Made by a program: the position numbers and the translations under genes
The notes under the pieces: model-generated
What the model was told of the DNA's origin: nothing
Database searches by the model: none
Seen by the model: only the letters and a program-made list of their open reading frames with translations
Shown: piece after piece, positions 40,143 through 48,682 of the stretch
How the letters are laid out: the number at the start of each line of letters is the position of its first letter
Position numbering within the stretch: position 1 is the stretch's first letter
Assembly: GCA_949283145.1 (NCBI GenBank)
Contig: CASDRL010000009.1
Span: 1,283-65,282, forward strand
Length of the DNA stretch: 64,000 bases
Direction: 5' to 3'
Source: an uncultured Clostridia bacterium
GTDB lineage: Bacteria > Bacillota > Clostridia > Christensenellales > CAG-917

Positions 40143-41615
40143 ATGTTCAAATACGACAAACTCAACGCAAGCAGCATCGTCACCGCATCGCCCGCAGAGA
40201 GGGTGGTCGAATTTTCGCCGTCCGGGTTGGACGCGAGCGACGTAGCCCGCGTGCTTTCCCTCGCGGTGGACGGCAGAGTCATCTCGGCGGAAGGTGGCGA
40301 CGGCTACGCCGCGGTGAACGGGCGCGTAAATTTCCGCCTGGTATATCAGGACCGCGACGGCAACCCGCACGGAGCGGACTACAATGCCGATTTCAATCTG
40401 CGGACGGAAGGGGATATCGCCGCGGATGACAGCGTCGCCGCGGATGTGTCGGTGGTGGAAGCCGATGTGCGCACGGGCGACAGCGTGGTGCTCACCGCGC
40501 TCATAGCGGTCAGAGCGCAGGCGATCCGCCGCACCGAAGAGGAGTGCCTGGTCGACGCCGAAAAGTGCTATAAAACGACGGAGAGCGTCACCGTGCCCGT
40601 GCTCGCGGCGGCGAAGACGGTCAACGTGAATGTCACCGACGAGGCGGATGCGGGCGACATCGACGGGGTGCTGCTCTCCGATGTCCAGGCGACGGTCGTC
40701 TCGGCTGCCGCGGGAGACGGCGTCGTCATTGCGGAAGGACGGGTGAGGGCGTCCGTCACCTTCCTCGAAGACGGAGAGATCCGCTGCCGCGACATGCTCA
40801 TCCCGTTTAGAGAAGAGGTGATCGCGGACGGTGTGAGCGAGGGAGACATCGTTTCGGCGTCCGCCGCGGTCAGGAACACGCGTATAGTGCTTGCGGGCGT
40901 TCCCGGCGCCAATGTAATACGCTTTGAGGGGGACATCGCGCTCAGAGTGCAGGCGTCGCGTCTTACGGAACACGACGTCGTACGCGACATGTTCATGCTG
41001 ACGAACGAGGTGGAACTTGCGCGCGAGACGAGGAAATATGTCTTTTGCGGCGGGATGAAGTATACGACGGAAACGATCTCGGGCACGGCTTCGCTCGAAG
41101 GCAGAGCGGCTGCGGAGAGCGTCATCGCGATACCGTTCGCGCGCTGCGGTGCGGCAAAGGCGGAGATCGCGGACGGCGGTGCGCTCGTCGAGGGAGTGCT
41201 GGCGGCGGACGTCGTATACCGCAGCGAGAACGGGGTGGAATCCGTGCGCGCGGAAGTGCCGTATTCCTTGGAGATAGAGGGCGATCTCGGAGCGGGCGTC
41301 TTTGCGTCCTGTTTTGTGGAGAGCATCCGCGCCAAGGCGAAGAGGGGAGAGCTCGAGATCGAGGCGGAGATCGGCGTGCTGCTGCGTTCCGTGCGCTGCT
41401 GCGAGGCGGAGTTCGTGTCTTCCGTCACCGTCGGAGAGGAAAAGGAACGCAACGAATCCGCGCTCTCCCTCTACATCGTCGCGGAGGGGGACGGGATGTG
41501 GGACGTCTGCAAAGCGCTGACGGCAACTCCCGACGACATCATGGCGCAGAACCCCTCCCTTTCTCTCCCCCTCTCGGCAGGGGACAGGGTGGTGTATTTC
41601 CGCGCCCTGCAGTGA
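40143..41615 (+). CDS. DUF3794-repeat plus C-terminal LysM protein (SipL / SpoVID-like spore morphogenetic protein candidate)
   Basis: Repeated 'G.V.F...Y'-type beta-rich segments typical of DUF3794. C-terminal LysM 'YIVAEGDGMWDVCKALTATPDDIMAQNP...LSAGDRVVYF'. GGAGG RBS. Confidence 0.7.
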   Translation: MFKYDKLNASSIVTASPAERVVEFSPSGLDASDVARVLSLAVDGRVISAEGGDGYAAVNGRVNFRLVYQDRDGNPHGADYNADFNLRTEGDIAADDSVAADVSVVEADVRTGDSVVLTALIAVRAQAIRRTEEECLVDAEKCYKTTESVTVPVLAAAKTVNVNVTDEADAGDIDGVLLSDVQATVVSAAAGDGVVIAEGRVRASVTFLEDGEIRCRDMLIPFREEVIADGVSEGDIVSASAAVRNTRIVLAGVPGANVIRFEGDIALRVQASRLTEHDVVRDMFMLTNEVELARETRKYVFCGGMKYTTETISGTASLEGRAAAESVIAIPFARCGAAKAEIADGGALVEGVLAADVVYRSENGVESVRAEVPYSLEIEGDLGAGVFASCFVESIRAKAKRGELEIEAEIGVLLRSVRCCEAEFVSSVTVGEEKERNESALSLYIVAEGDGMWDVCKALTATPDDIMAQNPSLSLPLSAGDRVVYFRALQ

Positions 41616-41720
41616 TTTCACCAAGAGCGGACTGATTGCACAAAAGCAAGTTAATGTGTTGATTTTGTAAGATAAACGCGGTTTATTGCAGAAAACGCGT
41701 TGAGTCGAAAAGAAGAGTGC

Positions 41721-41765
41721 GTGCGGGCAAAACGGCATGGACAGCCGCTTTGCCCGCACGTTTTT
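41721..41765 (+). terminator. Intrinsic terminator insulating the downstream operon
   Basis: gtgcgggcaaa-(17-nt loop)-tttgcccgcac, an 11-bp perfect stem followed by gttttt. Confidence 0.7.
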
Positions 41766-41964
41766 CCGAGGGGATCACCCTCTCTTTTCCCGCGGCTGAA
41801 CGCGCTCCCGCTTTTCGTTTTTCCGTCTCGCCCGATCTTTATGCGATGTGCAAAAACCGCAGGAAAGGACCGCTTCGAGGCAGGTCCGTTTTATTTCCGT
41901 CCGGCACAGTGTGTCAAAAAATGATTTTTGTTGATTTAATGTGCTAATTTAAAATTTTTTTATA

Positions 41965-41993
41965 TTGCGGAAGTTGTCGATTTATGTTAGAAT
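41965..41993 (+). promoter_or_regulatory. Extended -10 promoter of the 42-64 kb operon
   Basis: TTGCGG (41965-41970), a 17-nt spacer, then TGtTAGAAT (41985-41993). It sits in the most AT-rich stretch of the window (41920-42020), about 30 nt upstream of the ATG at 42024. Confidence 0.55.
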
Positions 41994-42023
41994 ATGCAAG
42001 ATATATAATTAGGGGAGATCTCA

Positions 42024-44069
42024 ATGTCAAAACATGTTCTCAGCATAGCTCTTGACCTCGGCAGCGACACGCTGAAGGTGGCGTTTGCGTACAAAGACGG
42101 AAGAGCGGGAGCACGGGATGTCTGTTACGGCAAACTTTATTCCGACGAAACGGTGACGCGGACGGCGATCCCCGCGGTCGCGTTTTACGACGAGGACAAA
42201 AAGAAATGGTTGTACGGTAGCGAAGTCGGCGCCAGCAGCGGGCGTTCTTTCGTGAATGTCGTCAAAATCAAAAACCTGCTTTCCCTGCTCGAGACCGTTC
42301 CCGCGGCGACGGAGAAAGAGGAAGAGGCGTGCGCCGCAGCCACGATGCGCAACATCGCATATTATGAGCACGACGATCAGTTCCCGCGTTTCGCGTTTCC
42401 GAGAAGGAAGAACGGGAGGGTCTTTTCCGATCTGGTGAACAGCCGCCAGACTTTCTGTGCCGCGTCGTATACTCCCCGCGCCGTATGTGAGGAATTTTTC
42501 CGTTATGCGGCGGGCGTCGTCGAAAAGAAGATCGCGGCGCTGCAAAAGGAGAGCGGGTGCGATCTGTCCTCCCGTCAGATGGTGTTGGTCTATCCGCCCA
42601 AAGCCCAGGAAAGATACATCGACGAATACGAGCGTCTTGCGGAAAAGGCGTTCGGCATCCGCCCCAAGAAGAGGATCAACTCCATAAAGGCGATGAGCAT
42701 GTACGCTATGCACGTCAAAGCCATCTCGTCCGGGGACAGGTTCCTCATCTTCGACATGGGCGAAGAGGACATCTCCGTGGCGAAGGCGTCGCTCATCCCG
42801 GACGCGCTGTCTTTCACCGACAGGCTTGCCGTCGACGCCGCGCACGGCCACAATGCGCCCTGCGACATAGGCGGCAACGATATAGACGAAGCGGTCGCGC
42901 GCAGGATAGAGGAGTTCATCCGCGTGAGCGAGACGCCGGGCACTCCGTCCTACGGCAAGGAAGGGCACATCGAGGAGAAGACGCTGGAGTCCAAGCAATA
43001 TCTCTTCCTCAAAAACATCAAGGACGCCAAGGTATATCTCGGCATGTGCGGCAGGGACGACGCGTACGCGCCCATCGGGGTGCACCGTGCGCTGTTCATG
43101 CAGAGCAGGCTGACGGGCAGGGATTTCAGACGCTACATCGGCTGCGCCGAGAGGGCTGCGGCGGCTTCCGTGGCGGAAAAGATCTGCGCTTACATCATAG
43201 AAGAGCTGCGCCGTCCCGTGAACAGGGACGTGAACAAGATCATCCTCGCGGGCGGGGTCACGGAGACCTACGGTCTGGTGGATCACATCAAAAAGAAGAT
43301 CGCGAGGGAGACGTCCGCCGTCGAGGTGCGCACCCTCGACTCCGACATGTGCGGAGCTCCGGGGGATTTTGCCGTTTCCGCGTATGAGGACTCGGTCTAC
43401 GCCGCCGCCGCGGGCGCCGCGATCATGCTCGCGACGGGCTACGAATTGAAGACGGTGCTCGCGCTCTCTTACGGCACGTGGGTGATGGCGATCGTCGGGG
43501 GTTATTCCGTCAAGAGGCTGCAGCTGTTTGCCGAAAAGGGGGAGGAGATCCGCAAGGAGTATCTCAGCGAACCCGTAAAGGTGGGCAGCAACTGCTATGA
43601 GATCCTCGGCGACGAGATCCTTTCCACGCCGCTCACGCGCGCGGACATCGAGCGGATGACGGACAGAGGGGAGTCGGACATCTTCAAAAACACGGGTCTG
43701 GGCAAGGTCATGATCGTGGGCGAGCCGGGGACCGTCCAGCGCGAGAAGGCGGAAAGGCTCGCGGGACTCAAAACGATGACGGATGCGAAACTCAGATTTT
43801 TGTACCGCGGCAGGAACATCATCGTGCCGGCGACTCTTCCCATGTGCGAAGGCATCCGCATGGACTGCGACGGACGCGCGACGCCCATCGTAGGCACGGC
43901 GGGGTCTTTCAAACAGCACAAGGACGGGGCGGACAGGCTGCACCAGGTGAGATACGTTTCTTTCTCCGGCGGCAGATATCTCCCCGAGGGAGAAGCGTTT
44001 TTCGCAAAAGAAAAGGATATCGTGATGGATTCGGGCTTTAAGCCGTTCGATACGGGCATGGGAGGCTAA
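42024..44069 (+). CDS. Divergent Hsp70-family (actin-fold) ATPase with C-terminal beta-rich domain
   Basis: 681 aa with an AGGGGAG RBS. Phosphate-1 'IALDLGSDTLKVAF'. 'MVLVYPPKAQE' (cf. VITVPAYF). Phosphate-2 'FLIFDMGEEDISVA'. 'DIGGNDIDEAV'. Adenosine motif 'IILAGGVTETYGLVDHIKK'. 'SVYAAAAGAAIML'. Confidence 0.85.
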   Translation: MSKHVLSIALDLGSDTLKVAFAYKDGRAGARDVCYGKLYSDETVTRTAIPAVAFYDEDKKKWLYGSEVGASSGRSFVNVVKIKNLLSLLETVPAATEKEEEACAAATMRNIAYYEHDDQFPRFAFPRRKNGRVFSDLVNSRQTFCAASYTPRAVCEEFFRYAAGVVEKKIAALQKESGCDLSSRQMVLVYPPKAQERYIDEYERLAEKAFGIRPKKRINSIKAMSMYAMHVKAISSGDRFLIFDMGEEDISVAKASLIPDALSFTDRLAVDAAHGHNAPCDIGGNDIDEAVARRIEEFIRVSETPGTPSYGKEGHIEEKTLESKQYLFLKNIKDAKVYLGMCGRDDAYAPIGVHRALFMQSRLTGRDFRRYIGCAERAAAASVAEKICAYIIEELRRPVNRDVNKIILAGGVTETYGLVDHIKKKIARETSAVEVRTLDSDMCGAPGDFAVSAYEDSVYAAAAGAAIMLATGYELKTVLALSYGTWVMAIVGGYSVKRLQLFAEKGEEIRKEYLSEPVKVGSNCYEILGDEILSTPLTRADIERMTDRGESDIFKNTGLGKVMIVGEPGTVQREKAERLAGLKTMTDAKLRFLYRGRNIIVPATLPMCEGIRMDCDGRATPIVGTAGSFKQHKDGADRLHQVRYVSFSGGRYLPEGEAFFAKEKDIVMDSGFKPFDTGMGG

Positions 44070-44074
44070 GAAGA

Positions 44075-46978
44075 ATGAAGATCGGCAGCAAGGATTTCAG
44101 ATTGGAAGCCAACGGCAATCTCGACGTGATGGGGCAGAGCAGCAACATCCCGAACGAGCTGCGCCGTTACGACAGGAAGATCGCGCAAAGCGGCAGGCTT
44201 GTCGAGACGCTGGACAGATATGACGATTTCGCTCTGCTCCGCATCCCGTCCAAGGATTACGAGAGCAAGGGCGGGGAATACGGCATAGAGAGGAGCGTGA
44301 TCCACCGCGGCGGCGATGTCATATTGCGCCATCAGCAGGAGGCGGCGAGCAGACTGCTGCGGGAGCTGCGCGGGTTCGGCATGCTCGCGGATGTGGTCGG
44401 CAGCGGCAAGACGTACGAAGCGGGCGTGGTGCTCAGCGAGCTTGCGGTGAGAGGAAAGATGAGGTCTCTTCTGCTCATAGTGCCCGAGCCCATCCTCGAC
44501 GATTGGCAAGAAGTGCTCGAGATGCGTTTCGGGCTGGGCAAGGGCGCGCTTTTCCGCGTGCACGATACGCTTTTTGCGGATGGGCTCGAGATCGAGGACG
44601 GCATCCCGAAGCGCCCCGTCATCGTCAGCACGGAGGATTTCGTCAAGTGGGACGACGCGGCGGCGAACGTTCTGTTTGACGTGATCGTCGTGGACGAAGC
44701 GCACCGTTTTTGCAGCGAAGAGGGGGAATACGCCAGGGCGATGCGCCTGCTTTCCCGCATGATGATGATCAAGAAGGAAGCGGAGCGTCCCTACTGCCTG
44801 CTCCTTTCGGCAACGCCGCACTCCGGCAACCTGGAAAAGATGTTCAGGCTGTGGTATTTCATACGGTGCAGAGGCGGCAATCCCGACGATTTCGAGGAGA
44901 AGGACGACAGCGCGCGCACTGCGGAGTACCGCGCGGAAAAGGAGTATTACAAGAGCCACGTCTGCAACGGCGCCGCCACCGTCATGGAATTCATCAAGAG
45001 GGGGGAAGTGAGCGCGGTGGAGACCCTATCTTCCTGCCGTGACAGGTTCGGAGAATTTCTCGACAAGCGCGGCATCCGCGCAAAGTATTACGGCGGCATG
45101 ACGTACGGCGAGAAGAACGCCGAGGTCAAAACTTTCATGGACGAAAACGAGGATCTCCGCGGCGACATTTATAAGTTCGTTGCGGACGCCTATCACGACG
45201 GCGTGCTCGGCTCGATCATGATCAGAGGCGGAGAGAACGGGGTGAGCAAGACCAAGAACGTCGTCAACATTTTCTTCTTCCCCGTCGGCGGGCAGATGCC
45301 CCTGGGCGGCGTGATCACCGTCCCCGTCGGCAAATCCAGGACGGAGTGCTCCTTCCAGTTCGGCGAGCTTTACACCAAGGGGAGGACCTTCCCCGCCCGG
45401 CTGAACGGAGGGACGGAGGAACTCACGCTGGACGAGATCGCAGAGCTCAGCGTCCCGTCCTCCCTGCGCGGCGACGAAAGGGCGATCGCAGTCAAACACG
45501 AGCGCAACAACATGCTCATCCGTGACATCTTCGGGGGCGCGTTCGGAGCGGGCGACGGCACGGGCGACTTCGATCCGGAGCAGTTCCCCAAGCACGGCAG
45601 TCTCAGATATTATCAGGGTCTGCTCGGCAATTGTCCGCCCTCGGTGGAAAACAGGATCTATCCCGTCTTCGGCAGAAAGGGGATGAGCGACGCGCAGAAG
45701 GAAGATCTCTCCTTCCTGCAAAAACTGGAAACGGCAAAGGCGATCATCAGGAGCAATGCCGGCAAGCGCATCATCGTCTTCTTTGACTATTCTCAGAAGA
45801 GGGGGGCGGTGAGCGAACGCTTCATAAACGAGATCAGGAAGGAGAGTGACATCCGCGACAGGCTGCTCGTCGGCGGGAGCACCGGGCTGCAAAGAGAGTT
45901 CAACAAGGTGCAGGCGGAGTTTTCGGCAAAGGAGGACGCGGTGCTCGTCGTCACCTCTTCCGCGCTGACCGAGGGCGTCAATCTGCAGCAGTGCAACATC
46001 ATCCTCAACTTCCAGGTCACGCCCGATCCCGTCGCGATGGATCAGAGCATAGGCAGAGTGTTCAGGATAGGGCAGAAGAACGACGTGACCATCTACTCCC
46101 TCGCGGACATGGAAAAGCTGGAGGGCTATGCGCTTGCCTATTTCTCGCGCATAGGGCTGATGTCCAGCAGCGGCGGCGACGCAACGATCATCGCGGGCAG
46201 CAACAGCGAACGCATGGTCGCGGTCAGATGCAGCATGTGCGGCAAAGTGTCGCTCTACTCGCAGGAAGAGTATGACAAGATGCAGAAGGATACGGACGAC
46301 CCGCAGAACGGACTGTGGTGTACGGGCACGGCGGCGTGCAGGGCGGAAGACCCCCGCGGCACTCTGATGGCGAAGATCTCCATCTACGACTTCAAGTGCG
46401 ACAGCTGTTCCATGATCATGTCCCGTTCCGCCGACGACGAGGGTTACATCTGCTTCGACGAAGTGCACCAGGGCAAGCTGTGCGTGTTTGCCGACAAGGA
46501 CGGCGGGGACAGGCGCTACTACTGCAACAAGATCTGCGCGATGGCGCACTGCAACAGGTTCAAACCTCCCAAAGGGAAGAAGTGTCCCGCGCTGGAGCTC
46601 TACAAAAAGGACAGGACGGCGAATCCGACCACTCTTGCCGCGGAATGCGCCAAGTGCAACGACCCGGACTGCCCGCCCAAGTGCAGATATCAGGACGGTC
46701 CCGAGGGGATCGCGGCATGCTCGGTCTGCAACGAGTCGCTCTGTTCGCCTAAACCCGGCGTCTACGAATTCGACGACAAGTGGGAGATGCGCTGTCCAAA
46801 GTGCGGCGGCACCATCCGCCCCATCGAGGCGAGCACGTTTGCGACTTACATCCACGCGCTGTGGGATTTCCGCTACGATGACGGCTCCACGTTCTGCAAG
46901 CAGCTGAGCGCCGAGGCAGATAAGGTGGCGGAGGTCAAGACCATACTCGACATGCACGGCAGGGAGAAACAGGCATGA
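44075..46978 (+). CDS. SNF2-family (SF2) ATPase with a C-terminal multi-zinc-ribbon tail
   Basis: 967 aa. Motif I 'VVGSGKTYEAG', motif II 'VVDEAHRF', motif III 'LLSATPHSGN'. C-lobe 'TSSALTEGVNLQQCNIILNF...DQSIGRVFRIGQKNDV'. At least 5 CxxC pairs in the last ~250 aa. Confidence 0.9.
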   Translation: MKIGSKDFRLEANGNLDVMGQSSNIPNELRRYDRKIAQSGRLVETLDRYDDFALLRIPSKDYESKGGEYGIERSVIHRGGDVILRHQQEAASRLLRELRGFGMLADVVGSGKTYEAGVVLSELAVRGKMRSLLLIVPEPILDDWQEVLEMRFGLGKGALFRVHDTLFADGLEIEDGIPKRPVIVSTEDFVKWDDAAANVLFDVIVVDEAHRFCSEEGEYARAMRLLSRMMMIKKEAERPYCLLLSATPHSGNLEKMFRLWYFIRCRGGNPDDFEEKDDSARTAEYRAEKEYYKSHVCNGAATVMEFIKRGEVSAVETLSSCRDRFGEFLDKRGIRAKYYGGMTYGEKNAEVKTFMDENEDLRGDIYKFVADAYHDGVLGSIMIRGGENGVSKTKNVVNIFFFPVGGQMPLGGVITVPVGKSRTECSFQFGELYTKGRTFPARLNGGTEELTLDEIAELSVPSSLRGDERAIAVKHERNNMLIRDIFGGAFGAGDGTGDFDPEQFPKHGSLRYYQGLLGNCPPSVENRIYPVFGRKGMSDAQKEDLSFLQKLETAKAIIRSNAGKRIIVFFDYSQKRGAVSERFINEIRKESDIRDRLLVGGSTGLQREFNKVQAEFSAKEDAVLVVTSSALTEGVNLQQCNIILNFQVTPDPVAMDQSIGRVFRIGQKNDVTIYSLADMEKLEGYALAYFSRIGLMSSSGGDATIIAGSNSERMVAVRCSMCGKVSLYSQEEYDKMQKDTDDPQNGLWCTGTAACRAEDPRGTLMAKISIYDFKCDSCSMIMSRSADDEGYICFDEVHQGKLCVFADKDGGDRRYYCNKICAMAHCNRFKPPKGKKCPALELYKKDRTANPTTLAAECAKCNDPDCPPKCRYQDGPEGIAACSVCNESLCSPKPGVYEFDDKWEMRCPKCGGTIRPIEASTFATYIHALWDFRYDDGSTFCKQLSAEADKVAEVKTILDMHGREKQA

Positions 46979-48672
46979 TATACAGGATAGGCAAAGAGTA
47001 CAAAGAGGCTTTCGACAGCATCTTCGACCTGTACGGTCCCGACGGGCTGCTTTCCGATGACAGGAGCATTACCGTCGGAGCGTCCGGCGGCAGGCGCGAG
47101 ATCAGGACGACGTCCAACACTTTCGTCTACGATGAGCGCGCGGCGAAACTGGAAAGCGGCGACGGCAAACAGACCATAGGCAAGGACGGCGCGAGCTGGT
47201 TCGGCGCGTTGCGCCGCGGCGCCACGGGCGAGAACAACGCCGCAGATTGGACGGGGCTCATAGAAAGCGTGGCAAGGGCGTATCACAAGAGATATTCCCT
47301 CCTCGAATTCGAGCAGAGCGGCGCGCGTTCCGAGAGAGAGGCTGCGGACGACATCAGGAAGATAGGCAATGTCGTCAGCAGGTTTTTCCCCGGCAGGCAG
47401 GTGCGCATCGGCAGGATGCGCGAGGCGCAGGCGAACAATATCTACGGCGTCACTTTCCTCGCGGGGCTGAGCTCCGTGGGCGAATCCGTCCCCGTTCTTT
47501 TGAAAATGTATTTCCGTTCCGTGACGAGGCGGGGGCGCAAGCAGCTGGTGCCGATAGCAGGTGAAGAAGCGGAGCAGATAGACCGCAACATCATCGCCAA
47601 CATAGGCGACGACGGCGGACAGGTCTCAGGCTCGGGGAAGGTCGCGTCCGGGATGATAAAAGACGTGCTCGGCGAGCTCAACAACGTTCTTTCCGCGGGC
47701 AACGCGGCGGACTATATCGTGCTCGCGGGCGAACCGGACGAAGAGGTCGTCGAGGATATGGTCCGCAACGGTCCGTGCGGCGTCGTGACCATCGTCGTGA
47801 AGACGGTCAAAGTGCTCGGCATCTCGCACGTCATCTGGACGGACGCGGTCTATAATGTCGAATTCGAAGGAAAGCAGGCGCTGCGCGCCGTCATCGGTAT
47901 GAGCGGCACCCTCAGGCTCGTCTGCGCGAATTGCGGCGAACAGCTCGTTTCGGGCAACGTGATCCGCATCCCGGCGGAGGGCGGCACGCAGACCGTGGTC
48001 ATCGACCTCGACAGGGCGGACCTCGGGCTTTCCGCAAAGGACGCGGAAGCCGCCGAAGCGACGATGAAAGGGCACATCGCAAAGAAAGAGTGCAGGATAA
48101 ACGCCCGCGAAGGAATGAAGTGCGAGAGAGTCGTCTGCGACGGGCAGCTGCTCACCCTCACCGGCGCGGACGGCAAGAAGACCTCCGTCTGCAAGGACTG
48201 CCCGCACGAAGAGTGCACTTTCCGCAAGCAGGACGGCGCGGTCGCGCTCACGAAGGATCTCGCTTTCGTGCGCGACGCGATGACGCTGACGGACGCGTCG
48301 GCGGCGCACAAGTGCGCCTGCTGCGGCAGACAGTTCGAAGTGCTGCACGGGGACGGCGTCTGCGAGTTCTGTCACGACGCCATCATGGTCGCGGCGGCGG
48401 GGACGAAGTCGGCGGACAGCGACGCGCGGGAGGCGGCTTCCGCGGCGAAAAAGAAATATGTGCGGTTCTCTTCCGTGCTTTCTCCGGCAAGAAGGCTGGC
48501 GGGCGTCGGGAGAGGCAAGTTCTGTTTCGAGGCGGAGGACATCCTGCTCTTTGTGCTGGGCAGGAAGATATACATCCTCGACAAGAGCGCGGCGGGCGAG
48601 AAGGGTTACATCGATCCGCCGAGATACGCAGGCGAAGGACGCGGGATGTCCGGGCGCCGAAGGATGAGGTAG
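46975..48672 (+). CDS. Cys-rich protein of unknown function
   Basis: 565 aa with an ATGA overlap with the SNF2 gene. 'CANCGEQL', 'CKDCPHEEC', 'KCACCGRQF' and 'CEFCHD'. No NTPase motif seen. Confidence 0.7.
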   Translation: MIYRIGKEYKEAFDSIFDLYGPDGLLSDDRSITVGASGGRREIRTTSNTFVYDERAAKLESGDGKQTIGKDGASWFGALRRGATGENNAADWTGLIESVARAYHKRYSLLEFEQSGARSEREAADDIRKIGNVVSRFFPGRQVRIGRMREAQANNIYGVTFLAGLSSVGESVPVLLKMYFRSVTRRGRKQLVPIAGEEAEQIDRNIIANIGDDGGQVSGSGKVASGMIKDVLGELNNVLSAGNAADYIVLAGEPDEEVVEDMVRNGPCGVVTIVVKTVKVLGISHVIWTDAVYNVEFEGKQALRAVIGMSGTLRLVCANCGEQLVSGNVIRIPAEGGTQTVVIDLDRADLGLSAKDAEAAEATMKGHIAKKECRINAREGMKCERVVCDGQLLTLTGADGKKTSVCKDCPHEECTFRKQDGAVALTKDLAFVRDAMTLTDASAAHKCACCGRQFEVLHGDGVCEFCHDAIMVAAAGTKSADSDAREAASAAKKKYVRFSSVLSPARRLAGVGRGKFCFEAEDILLFVLGRKIYILDKSAAGEKGYIDPPRYAGEGRGMSGRRRMR

Positions 48673-48682
48673 GAGGAAGGAC

